Source: a virus. From it: a stretch of DNA of 64,000 nt. Position numbers and translations under genes: made by a program. The notes below the pieces were generated by a model that was not told the DNA's origin, did no database searches, and saw nothing but the letters and a program-made list of their open reading frames with translations. The DNA is taken from positions 1-64,000 of IMG/VR virus record IMGVR_UViG_3300044638_004964; one strand, 5' to 3'. Within the stretch, counting starts at the first letter, position 1, and every line of letters begins with the position of its first letter. Below, in pieces: positions 47,088 through 56,657 of this stretch.

Positions 47088-47990
47088 ATGCCCATTCCAA
47101 ATAGACGAAAAGATGAAGATAAGAATAAATTTGTTGCCAGATGTATGGGTGACAAGGTTATGAAAAAAGATTATCCAAGCAATAGCCAAAGAGTTGCTAT
47201 CTGCTTGGATCAAGCAACAGCCGATTGTGACTGTGTAGAAGCTGCTGATTTTAAAATGCAATTAGAAAATTATGGCTATGAAGAAGATGTTAATGATGAC
47301 AATTTTTATATTCCAACACAGGCAGAATATGAAGACTTTGGCGAAGAAACAGAAGAGTGGGATATTGCTGAAGCAAAACCGGGACTATGGGAAAATATAA
47401 GAAAGAAGAAAGATCGATTAGGCAAAAAATATAAACCAGCAAAGCCGGGAGATCCAGATCGCCCAGATAAAGATGCTTGGAAAAAAGCTCAGTCTGGTGA
47501 TAGCGAAATGGCTATTGATCAAATAATGAAAATGAGCGATCAGATCATGGAAGTGGTTGCTAGACTAAAAACTATGCAGATACCAGTAGAATTTCAAGAT
47601 TGGACAAAAGACATGATTTCCAAAGCTGAAATCTATATACAGAACGTGTATGACTTTGTTAAGTATTACGAGCCGGGTAAATATGAAGATGAGTATACAA
47701 AAGAAGTAGATGAGCCATCAGAAATGGAAACTGAAGATTCTTATGCTTCAGAATATCAAGGTCGCAAAGTGACATTAAATAAACCATTTAGAACATCAAA
47801 TGGCCCAAAGAAGTTTGCAGTATATGTTAAGAATGAAAGTGGCAACGTTGTTATTGTTAGATTTGGCGATCCAAATATGACAATCAAGAAGAATATTCCA
47901 GAACGACGAAAAAGCTTTAGAGCTAGACACAACTGTGAGAACCCCGGCCCAAAATGGAAGGCTAGATATTGGGCTTGTAAAAGCTGGTAG
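47088..47990 (+). CDS. modular phage protein with basic modules and acidic linkers
   Basis: FVARCM..QRVAIC; KPGLWENIRKKK; EYQGRKVTLNKP...RFGDP...RRKSFRARHNC...ARYWAC. Confidence 0.65.
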   Translation: MPIPNRRKDEDKNKFVARCMGDKVMKKDYPSNSQRVAICLDQATADCDCVEAADFKMQLENYGYEEDVNDDNFYIPTQAEYEDFGEETEEWDIAEAKPGLWENIRKKKDRLGKKYKPAKPGDPDRPDKDAWKKAQSGDSEMAIDQIMKMSDQIMEVVARLKTMQIPVEFQDWTKDMISKAEIYIQNVYDFVKYYEPGKYEDEYTKEVDEPSEMETEDSYASEYQGRKVTLNKPFRTSNGPKKFAVYVKNESGNVVIVRFGDPNMTIKKNIPERRKSFRARHNCENPGPKWKARYWACKSW

Positions 47991-48068
47991 TTGAAGTAAA
48001 GTTGTTGGTTCGGCGGTATAATAGTTTGATAGCAGTCGCATACACATTGAAATTGACAAGGACAATAT

Positions 48069-49673
48069 ATGTTGAATTGGTGCCCACTAAGGAATTACAC
48101 TCATTACAGTTTATTGAGGGGTTTTTCAAAGCCAGACGAGTTAGCAGCAAAGTGTAAAGAAGAAGGATATACTGCTTGCGGTATTGCTGATTATAAGACA
48201 ATATCTGGGGTTGTATCTTTTTATCAAGCTTGTCAAAAGAATGGGATAAAACCTATCATTGGTTGCTCATTTGATGACTGCGCTTTGTTTGCTAAGAATA
48301 GTGCCGGTTGGCATGATCTTATTCACCTAGTATCATCTATAGATGATGAAGGTAATATATCTAGCACTATTTGGTCAAACACTCTAAAGAAGGGCAATGT
48401 AATAAAGGTGTCTAATGATGCCTCACTATTTCCCATTAGTTATTATGTTAAAAAAGAAGATGCGACATTGCATCGTATACTATTATGCTCTGAATTAAAA
48501 ACCACACTTCCAAAGATTCAGAAACAAATACGCAATGGTGATCTACCAAAAGATATAGAATATCAATTTACTCACGACGATAAAAACGTTTGGTCAAAGG
48601 AAGAGGCACAAAAAGCAATTAGCTCAACATCATCCAAAAATCTAGATAATATTTCTAGTATTATAAATGAGTGTGAGAGCTATAATATTCTAAGCAAGCC
48701 CAATCTTCCAAAGTTCGCTTGTCCAAATAATCAATCAGAAGAGGATTATTTGAAGGAACTATGTCGCGTTGGCTGGAAAAATATATTAATAGATGGTGAT
48801 AAGGTTTCTAAACCAGAAGATAAAGAAAAGTATCTAGAAAGATTCAAGGAGGAATTTGATGTTATTAAGGGTGCTAATCTATTCGGTTATTTCCTCATTG
48901 TTAGAGACATTATACACTATTGCGAAAGTCAAGGTTGGTTGTGTGGTCCCGGTAGAGGTTCAGCGGCTGGATGCCTAATCTCATATCTTATTGGAATCAC
49001 AAAGATTGATCCAATAGAATTTGACCTACTGTTTGCTAGATTTTATAATGCTGGGCGAAATAGTGAGGACCATATCTCACTTCCAGATATTGATATGGAC
49101 GTTCCCGGCAAGAAGCGTGACGAAGTTATATCTTATCTTAAGAATAAATATGGTCATGATCACGTTAGTCAAATGATTTCGTTTGGTAGGCTACAGGGAA
49201 GAAGTGCTATAAAAGAAGTTTTACGCATAAATGAAGCGTGTTCTTTTGGTGAAATGAACACTATAACAAAGAGTATTCCTAACGAAGCTGAAATTTCTGA
49301 CCAACTTGCCGACATGGATGACGATAATAGATCTATTATACGTTGGGCACTAATTAATAATGCCAATGAATTAAGGGATTTTTGCCACATAAACGAAGAT
49401 GGTAAGCTAGAAGGAAATTATGCTGAGTATTTTGATCAAGCTATAAAGATTGAGGGAACATTTAAAACACAGGGAAAACACGCCGCCGGTGTTGTTATAT
49501 CAGCTAAGAAATTGAATACCGTTTGCCCGATGGTTAAGCAGCGTGATTCATCTGAAAAGATTGCGGGATTAGAAATGGCAGACCTAGAAGCTCTAGGACA
49601 TGTCAAGTTTGACGTTCTAGGAATTAATTTACTAGATAAAATTATGATGATACAAGACTTAACTGGAGTATAA
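48069..49673 (+). CDS. dnaE: DNA polymerase III alpha, N-terminal half (PHP, palm, thumb)
   Basis: KPIIG, GPGRGSAAGCL, PDIDMD, GKHAAGVVI, KFDVLG. Confidence 0.93.
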   Translation: MLNWCPLRNYTHYSLLRGFSKPDELAAKCKEEGYTACGIADYKTISGVVSFYQACQKNGIKPIIGCSFDDCALFAKNSAGWHDLIHLVSSIDDEGNISSTIWSNTLKKGNVIKVSNDASLFPISYYVKKEDATLHRILLCSELKTTLPKIQKQIRNGDLPKDIEYQFTHDDKNVWSKEEAQKAISSTSSKNLDNISSIINECESYNILSKPNLPKFACPNNQSEEDYLKELCRVGWKNILIDGDKVSKPEDKEKYLERFKEEFDVIKGANLFGYFLIVRDIIHYCESQGWLCGPGRGSAAGCLISYLIGITKIDPIEFDLLFARFYNAGRNSEDHISLPDIDMDVPGKKRDEVISYLKNKYGHDHVSQMISFGRLQGRSAIKEVLRINEACSFGEMNTITKSIPNEAEISDQLADMDDDNRSIIRWALINNANELRDFCHINEDGKLEGNYAEYFDQAIKIEGTFKTQGKHAAGVVISAKKLNTVCPMVKQRDSSEKIAGLEMADLEALGHVKFDVLGINLLDKIMMIQDLTGV

Positions 49674-49674
49674 A

Positions 49675-50280
49675 ATGGCCACTCAGTGTGGAAAATATAT
49701 TGGTCAAAAATTTGGAATGTTAACTGTTCAAAAAATTACTAGTAAAACCAAAAAATCTCATTATAGGGCCGAATGTTTGTGTGATTGTGGTAATACTGTT
49801 ATACGCCGCATAGATTCTCTAGTACACGATAAATCAAAAAGTTGTGGGTGTTCAGCATTCAAAACAGGGTGCGAACATGCCTTATATAGAGGATACGAAG
49901 GTTTGAGCCTGAGACGCTGGTCTAAAATCAAAACAATGGCAAAAGATCGTGGATATAATGTCAAAATAGATATTAAATATGTCTGGGATTTGTATGAAAA
50001 ACAGGGAAGAAAATGTGCGATAACTGGAGTTCCCATTATCTTCTCTAAACAAAACAAAGACAATGTTGGCACAACAGCATCTTTAGATAGGATAGATAAT
50101 AATAGAGATTATATTGAAGGAAACGTACAGTGGGTGCATAAACGTATAAACATAATGAAAGGTAATATGAATACAAATGAATTTTTAAATATTTGCGAGG
50201 CTGTAGTTGCAAAAAATAAAGAAGAAGATATATTTGAGACACCAGTACACTATACAAGAAAGATGTTTTATGGCAAATAG
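49675..50280 (+). CDS. HNH-like homing endonuclease
   Basis: CLCDCG...SCGC; KCAITG; ASLDRIDNNRDY...NVQWVHKRIN. Confidence 0.8.
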   Translation: MATQCGKYIGQKFGMLTVQKITSKTKKSHYRAECLCDCGNTVIRRIDSLVHDKSKSCGCSAFKTGCEHALYRGYEGLSLRRWSKIKTMAKDRGYNVKIDIKYVWDLYEKQGRKCAITGVPIIFSKQNKDNVGTTASLDRIDNNRDYIEGNVQWVHKRINIMKGNMNTNEFLNICEAVVAKNKEEDIFETPVHYTRKMFYGK

Positions 50281-50950
50281 AGATTATATTATATTCGACT
50301 TTGAAACAGGCTCAAGAAATCCTCACAAAACCCAACCAACTCAGATTGCAGCAATAGCTCTAGATGGTAGAAACTTATCAGTTAAGGGACAATTTAATAG
50401 TGAAATCAAGCCCATATTTGACGATGAAGAGGCTATATCTCTTGGGCTAGATCCACTTCAAGATGAAGCTTTAAAGATAACTGGAAAAACTAGAGAGGCT
50501 CTAGCTGAAGCTCCCTCAATTAAATCAGTATGGTCTAAATTTGTAAAGTTTGTTGATCAATATAATTGGAAGGGTGATCCATTTTTTGCTCCAATTCCAG
50601 TTGGATTTAATATCCTTGGTTTCGATATGCACATTGTTAATAGGCTATGTAGAGAATATGGTCCTTGGGATAAAGAGCGAGAACAACAAAAACTATTTAG
50701 TAAAGTCTATAAAGTTGATATCATGGACAATGTTTTCGTATGGACAGAAAGTGATCCATCAGTTAAGTCTATTAGCATGGATTCGCTACGAGAAAGAATG
50801 GGTCTTAGCAAGGAAAATGCTCACGATGCTCTACAGGACGTTAAGGACGAGGCCAATATATTTATCAAGCTCATGAAAACCCATAGATCTGTTTATCAGA
50901 ATATTACTTTTGATAAAGCTTTTGCTAATGGTGGACTGTATGTTAAATAA
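50270..50950 (+). CDS. dnaQ: DEDDh 3'-5' exonuclease (Pol III epsilon-like)
   Basis: FDFETG, GFNILGFD, HDALQD. Confidence 0.88.
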   Translation: MANRDYIIFDFETGSRNPHKTQPTQIAAIALDGRNLSVKGQFNSEIKPIFDDEEAISLGLDPLQDEALKITGKTREALAEAPSIKSVWSKFVKFVDQYNWKGDPFFAPIPVGFNILGFDMHIVNRLCREYGPWDKEREQQKLFSKVYKVDIMDNVFVWTESDPSVKSISMDSLRERMGLSKENAHDALQDVKDEANIFIKLMKTHRSVYQNITFDKAFANGGLYVK

Positions 50951-51308
50951 AGTTTGCAACAAGTGTAAAAAGGAATTACCAATTGAACATTTTAGCAAAC
51001 ATAGCGGCAGCAATTATTTAAGACCAGAATGTAAATCTTGCAATAATTTGCTAAGTAAAATACGAAGCAGTCTCAGGAAAAAGCATGAAACCCCTCCAGA
51101 AAATTATCAATGTCCAATTTGCAATAGAAGCGAGCATGAGATATCTTCTGGTGGAGGAAATAAAAAAAGCAAGTGGGTGCTAGACCACAATCACCAAAAT
51201 AATAATTTTAGGGGATGGTTATGTCACACATGTAATATGGGTATAGGTTCTTTTTCTGATAATATTGATACATTGTACAAAGCTATAGAGTATTTAAAAA
51301 ATGATTGA
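50940..51308 (+). CDS. endonuclease VII-type nuclease
   Basis: CNKC...CKSC; CPIC; LDHNH...RGWLCHTCN.GIG.F.D....L..AIEYL. Confidence 0.85.
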   Translation: MLNKVCNKCKKELPIEHFSKHSGSNYLRPECKSCNNLLSKIRSSLRKKHETPPENYQCPICNRSEHEISSGGGNKKSKWVLDHNHQNNNFRGWLCHTCNMGIGSFSDNIDTLYKAIEYLKND

Positions 51309-52863
51309 CTACAACGACAAGAAGACTTGGCAATTATTTGCAGAAGGTAAAACTAAGGGTATCTTTCAGTTAGAAAGTAATCTTGGTAAGGCTTGGGCTA
51401 AAAAAGTTGCTCCAACAAATATTGAAGAATTATCTGCTCTTATTGCTATTATTAGACCGGGAACGTTAAAAGCTTTCGTTGATGGAAAGTCTATGACCCA
51501 GCATTACGTTGACAGAAAGCACGGCAGAGAAGAGGTTGTATATTTGCATGAATCTCTGGAAGAAATCTTAAAGCCAACGTATGGGGTTCTAGTTTATCAA
51601 GAGCAGTCCATGCGTATAGCTCAAAAGGTCGCTGGCTTCAATCTACAAGAGGCCGACGTTCTTCGTAAGGCCATTGGAAAGAAAAAGGCTGACCTCATGA
51701 ATGAAGTTAAGAAATCATTTATTGAGGGGTCACAGCGAGTTGGAATGGTAACAAAGGAAGAAGCGGAACAGATTTTCGGATGGATTGAGAAGTCTGCACG
51801 ATATGCTTTCAATAAATCCCACAGTATATCTTATGCCGTATGCTCATATTGGAGTGCCTATTATAAAGCCCACAATACTCCAGAATTCTTTTTATCGTAT
51901 CTGTATTATGCTAATGAAAAGCAAGATCCACACCAAGAAGTTTATGAACTTATTTCTGAAGCAAAGCTATTTGATATACAGGTAAGAACACCTAGTCTTG
52001 CCAATTTCGATACAAAATTTAACTTTAGACATGGGAAGATATACTTTGGGATTAAGGATATCAAATCTCTCACTGGTAAAACTGGCGATAAATTGATAGA
52101 AGCGGTCGAAGAATCAGAAAAGCTTGCTGGTAAAAAAATTACTAAATTCTCATGGTTAGAGTTATTGATATATTTTAGCCCCAATATAAGTTCCACTTCT
52201 TTTAAAGCTTTAGCCTCAATTGGTTTTTATAGAGACTTTGCAGAAAAGATTAGTAGAAATAAAGCGCTGTATGATTATGATATATTTAAGAATTTAACAC
52301 AGGCTGAGAAAACTTGGGTTTTAACTCAATACCCGACTAAAAAGTGGTCAACATTTATGGATTGTTTGAAGGATTTGGCACCAACTAAAAAAGAAGGTGG
52401 TGGAACTAGCAAAGCCGATAGAAGACAATTTATAGAGAATGAACTACAATTATTAATAAATCCACCATACGACTTGGAGGATGAACCAAGCTGGTTAATA
52501 GATCAAGAAATTAAATTCTTAGGCTGTCCAGTTACAATGACTAAAATTGAAACATCCGATACTTCCGCAGCTAATACAACATGTAAAGATGTTGTTAACG
52601 GAAAAAAGGGTAAGGACTTGTGCATAGTTGCCAATGTCCAAAGAGTTTCGGATTATAAAATAACAAAGGGTGAATCAAAAGGCCAAATGATGTCATTTCT
52701 AACAATAGAAGATGATTCATGTATCCTTGATAGCGTTATAGTATTTCCAAAAGTTAGAGATAAGTACAAATATGTGCTTTACGAAGGAAATAATCTAATT
52801 TTCTGTGGGAATGTAGCCGACCACGACTCGTCCTTTATAGTGAACCAAATTCATGAGATTTGA
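51301..52863 (+). CDS. dnaE: DNA polymerase III alpha, C-terminal half (fingers, HhH, OB)
   Basis: GIFQLES, IIRPG, TYGVLVYQEQ, ADVLRKAIGKK, YAFNKSHS, C-terminal OB fold. Confidence 0.93.
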   Translation: MIDYNDKKTWQLFAEGKTKGIFQLESNLGKAWAKKVAPTNIEELSALIAIIRPGTLKAFVDGKSMTQHYVDRKHGREEVVYLHESLEEILKPTYGVLVYQEQSMRIAQKVAGFNLQEADVLRKAIGKKKADLMNEVKKSFIEGSQRVGMVTKEEAEQIFGWIEKSARYAFNKSHSISYAVCSYWSAYYKAHNTPEFFLSYLYYANEKQDPHQEVYELISEAKLFDIQVRTPSLANFDTKFNFRHGKIYFGIKDIKSLTGKTGDKLIEAVEESEKLAGKKITKFSWLELLIYFSPNISSTSFKALASIGFYRDFAEKISRNKALYDYDIFKNLTQAEKTWVLTQYPTKKWSTFMDCLKDLAPTKKEGGGTSKADRRQFIENELQLLINPPYDLEDEPSWLIDQEIKFLGCPVTMTKIETSDTSAANTTCKDVVNGKKGKDLCIVANVQRVSDYKITKGESKGQMMSFLTIEDDSCILDSVIVFPKVRDKYKYVLYEGNNLIFCGNVADHDSSFIVNQIHEI

Positions 52864-52914
52864 TGTGTTTTTTCAGCCTGTACCTGCTAATATACAAAGA
52901 TAGGAGATCAATAG

Positions 52915-53226
52915 ATGAATATATGTTGTTTTACTGGATATTTGCTAGAAGACCCTCGCATATCCGACATTGATGGTGTTACTCTTGCGGAATTTGTCAT
53001 GGTTGTCTATACTTATAGAAAAACCAAGAGTGGAGAAAAGAACAGAATACCAACATATGTTAGATGCGAAGCTTGGCATACTGGTGCTGAAACACTAGAA
53101 AAATATGCCACCAAGGGAACTAAGCTAAATGTTCACGCTTCTGCCAAGAATGTTTCAAAAGAAGATCAAAGAGTTTTGTTTAGAATTAACGAATTCGACT
53201 TTTGTAATCAAGACTTTGAAGACTAA
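52915..53226 (+). CDS. second SSB-like OB-fold protein
   Basis: FTGYLLEDP, CEAWHTGAE, TKGTKL. Confidence 0.7.
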   Translation: MNICCFTGYLLEDPRISDIDGVTLAEFVMVVYTYRKTKSGEKNRIPTYVRCEAWHTGAETLEKYATKGTKLNVHASAKNVSKEDQRVLFRINEFDFCNQDFED

Positions 53227-53882
53227 TGACCATACCAAATAATATTCTTTTAACTTGGAAAGATCGTCAAATTCCAAATTATGTTATTAGCAATATTACA
53301 AAAATCAATCCTAATATAAATATTAGCTTCTTCGATGATAATGATATTAAGAATTTTCTTGAAAGTCATTACGGAAGAAACTATGTGGATTTTTTTAATT
53401 CAATAAAGCTTGGTTATAACAAGGGCGATTTCTTTCGATATTGTTATCTATATAAATATGGTGGATATTATTTTGATATTGATATAGAACATGTTTTACC
53501 AATTTCTGAAATAGTGGATAAAGATACAACATTTTTTAGTATTATATCAGCATTACTTCCGGGACACATATTTCAAGCAATATTATTCTGTGAACCAAAT
53601 CATTTAATTATCAAAAAATGTATAGATGACATGTTTAAGTTTGGCCCAAATCCTCCAATAACTTCATCGTATATTGGTCACACAACAACTTGTATGTTTA
53701 ATAATATAGGATCTTTTTTAGAAGATGTTCCAAGAGAGGGTATCTTCACTAGCAATAAAGAAAAAATATGTTTGGGAAAAGAACGTATGTATAATAGTAG
53801 ATACGTATGTACTTATCAAAATAAAATAATAGCCTTTTCAAGATACAAAAACTATAATAGAGAAATGGGATTTTTAGAATGA
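53226..53882 (+). CDS. glycosyltransferase GT32 (Och1/DXD type)
   Basis: IPNNILLTW, GDFFRYCYLYKYGGYYFDID. Confidence 0.85.
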   Translation: MTIPNNILLTWKDRQIPNYVISNITKINPNINISFFDDNDIKNFLESHYGRNYVDFFNSIKLGYNKGDFFRYCYLYKYGGYYFDIDIEHVLPISEIVDKDTTFFSIISALLPGHIFQAILFCEPNHLIIKKCIDDMFKFGPNPPITSSYIGHTTTCMFNNIGSFLEDVPREGIFTSNKEKICLGKERMYNSRYVCTYQNKIIAFSRYKNYNREMGFLE

Positions 53883-55534
53883 GAAAAAAGAGAATTCTAT
53901 TTTGTAGCGAAGCGACATTTTTAAATACAGGATATGCTACATATACTAGAGAGATATTGAATTATCTACATAGTACTGGTAAGTATGAATTAGCGGAAAT
54001 GGCTTCTTATGGTGAAAAAAATGATCCCAGAGCAGCAAATATTCCTTGGAAATTTTATGGTGTTATTCCACCAAATAATGCTAGCGAGGATGAGAAAAAA
54101 CAATATCACTCCTTTCCAACAGCGCAGTTTGGAGAATTAGCATTTGAGCCAACGTGTTTGGATTTTAAACCAGACGTTGTTTGTGATATAAGAGATTTTT
54201 GGATGTTGGATTTTGCTGAACGATCACCATTCAGACCATTCTTTAAATGGTGCATTATGCCAACGGTCGATGCTCGACCACAAGCTAGACAATGGATAGC
54301 AACATACCAATCAGCAGATGCTTGTATAACATATTCAGAATGGGCTGGAGATGTATTAAAAGATCAATCTGGTGATAATATTAACTATTTAGGGATATCG
54401 CCACCATCGGCACATCCAGCATATCAACCAATTGATAATAAAGAAGCGCTGCGTCAAAGTTATGGTATCGATCCAGATTTAAAAATTGTTGGAACAGTTA
54501 TGCGTAATCAAAGACGCAAGCTATACCCAGATCTATTCCAAGCTTTTAAAACTTTATTGGATAGCGTTGATGATAGTTCGAAATATATGTTGTATTGCCA
54601 CACAAGTTATCCAGACTTAGGTTGGGATATTCCAGAATTGTTACAACAATACCAGCTATCGTCCAAAGTATTATTTACATACATATGCGCCCAGACAGGT
54701 AAACCATTTCCATCTTTATTTAAAGGTGCTATTGCTCAATCTCCATTTACTGGTCAGTATGGAGCAACTCTATCCAATGTAAAGCAAGGTGTTGACTATG
54801 AAGATTTATCTAAGATTATAAATCTATTTGATATTTATATTCAATATGCTAATTGTGAAGGATTCGGTCTACCACAGGTAGAAGCTGCCGCTTGTGGCGT
54901 TCCAGTAATGTCCGTTGACTATTCAGCTATGGAAAGCGTTGTTAGGAATTTAGGTGGCATACCATTAACGCCAAAAGCTTTGTACAAAGAATTGGAAACG
55001 GGATGCTTAAGGGCGGTTCCAGATAATGATCTAACGGCCCAAAAATTAATTGAATTTTTTAATCAACCAATTAGCATAAGAAGAAAACATGGATTTGAAA
55101 CTAGACAAGCGTTTTTAAGATATTATCAGTGGAATAAGAGTGGAAAAGTTTGGGAAGATTATTTTGATAGCGTAGAAATACTTCCAGAAGAATTAACTTG
55201 GAAATCTAAACCTAGAATTATACAACCACAACCAAAACCACAAGAAATACCAAAAGGAATGACCCATGAAAGTTTAGCTAGATGGTTGATAACAGACGTT
55301 TTATGTGAGCCAGACAAAGTTAATTCATTTATGGAAGCTAGATTAATAAGAGACTTGATGTATCAAACATCAACAGCTACAACTGGTGGAATGTATTTTA
55401 ATGAGAGCGCTGCCGCTTTTGATGGTAAATTGTCAAGAAGTCCATTTAATTTTGATATAGCATATAATCACATGGCTAACTTGTGTAATAGAAGAAATCA
55501 CTGGGAACAAATAAGAACCAATTACAATAAATAA
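53879..55534 (+). CDS. glycosyltransferase family 4
   Basis: TGYATY, RNQRRK, EGFGLPQVEAAACGVP. Confidence 0.88.
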   Translation: MRKKRILFCSEATFLNTGYATYTREILNYLHSTGKYELAEMASYGEKNDPRAANIPWKFYGVIPPNNASEDEKKQYHSFPTAQFGELAFEPTCLDFKPDVVCDIRDFWMLDFAERSPFRPFFKWCIMPTVDARPQARQWIATYQSADACITYSEWAGDVLKDQSGDNINYLGISPPSAHPAYQPIDNKEALRQSYGIDPDLKIVGTVMRNQRRKLYPDLFQAFKTLLDSVDDSSKYMLYCHTSYPDLGWDIPELLQQYQLSSKVLFTYICAQTGKPFPSLFKGAIAQSPFTGQYGATLSNVKQGVDYEDLSKIINLFDIYIQYANCEGFGLPQVEAAACGVPVMSVDYSAMESVVRNLGGIPLTPKALYKELETGCLRAVPDNDLTAQKLIEFFNQPISIRRKHGFETRQAFLRYYQWNKSGKVWEDYFDSVEILPEELTWKSKPRIIQPQPKPQEIPKGMTHESLARWLITDVLCEPDKVNSFMEARLIRDLMYQTSTATTGGMYFNESAAAFDGKLSRSPFNFDIAYNHMANLCNRRNHWEQIRTNYNK

Positions 55535-55538
55535 TAAC

Positions 55539-56657
55539 ATGAAAATACTATACATTGGACATTATAAAGAAGGAAGTGGCTGGTCTAAAGCTGCTATAGA
55601 TTTGATATTATCTATGCACAGCGTTGGTCTTGATGTTACTTGTAGGAATATAAAGTTAACAAATAATAATCCAGAAGTAGATCCAACGATTATAGAATTA
55701 GAAAATAAACCATTATCTGATATAGATATTTGCATACAGCATGTGTTGCCACACCACATGGTAGGCACTCAGAAATTTAAAAAGAACGTCGCCTATTTTG
55801 TTGCAGAATCTAGTACAACTCTATATAATCCTTGGTTTATTTGTTTGCAACACATGGACGAGGTTTGGGTTCCTAATAAGAATTTGATGGACAATTTGAT
55901 TAATGATGGACTAAATAAAGAGGTCAGGGTTGTTCATCATGCGTCAAACAATTCAAAAATGATTCAGCCAGATATTAAATTTACATTCCCTAACAACAGT
56001 AATTTTAAATTTTATTATATTGGTGAATTAAATGATAGAAAAAATGTTGAATCAATTATTAGGTCTTTTCATAGCGAATTCGCAAACTTTGAGCCAGTAT
56101 CTCTAGTATTAAAAATAAAAAAGCATGGAGTGTCTGCACAAGAATTAACAAAATACTGTGAACAAATATGTACAACTATTAAAAAAGAACTTAGGATGCA
56201 CAAGGATGTTGATAGTTATCACAAAGAACTTATTATTGCTGATGATATTGACGATAAGCATATAGATATATTGCACAATTCGTGCGATTGCTTTGTTGCC
56301 CCAAGTCACGGGGAAGGATGGTCTATACCAGCTTTTGACGCTATGAGATATGGTAAAACTCCCATATGTAGCAATGAGGGTGGCCCAAGAGAGTTTATAG
56401 ATAGCAACGATAAGAACACTGGCACTCTTATTAATGGCATATACTCTACGTGTAATCATTCTGATCCAGCCTTTATGGATATATTTACAGGTAGAGAAGA
56501 TTGGTTTATTCCAAGCGAATATGAAATTAAAAAAGCCATGAGATTTTACTATGAAAATCGTGACAAGATAGACAGGAAAGCTGGCTTTAAAACATCAGAG
56601 AAATTTTCATATAAAACTATTGGTAATACGATAAGGGACATTCTAAATGATAAATAG
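55539..56657 (+). CDS. glycosyltransferase family 4
   Basis: DRKNVE, PSHGEGWSIPAFDAM. Confidence 0.85.
   Translation: MKILYIGHYKEGSGWSKAAIDLILSMHSVGLDVTCRNIKLTNNNPEVDPTIIELENKPLSDIDICIQHVLPHHMVGTQKFKKNVAYFVAESSTTLYNPWFICLQHMDEVWVPNKNLMDNLINDGLNKEVRVVHHASNNSKMIQPDIKFTFPNNSNFKFYYIGELNDRKNVESIIRSFHSEFANFEPVSLVLKIKKHGVSAQELTKYCEQICTTIKKELRMHKDVDSYHKELIIADDIDDKHIDILHNSCDCFVAPSHGEGWSIPAFDAMRYGKTPICSNEGGPREFIDSNDKNTGTLINGIYSTCNHSDPAFMDIFTGREDWFIPSEYEIKKAMRFYYENRDKIDRKAGFKTSEKFSYKTIGNTIRDILNDK

Noticed and set aside
47991-48022. Promoter upstream of dnaE-N
   Set aside because: TATAAT is present at 48017 but no -35 box sits at 16-18 nt, so it was not called
49600-51400. Split intein or group I intron joining the dnaE halves
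   Set aside because: No Cys/Ser-initiated intein N-part, no HN-C/S/T junction, and no non-coding space; the insert contains an intact dnaQ
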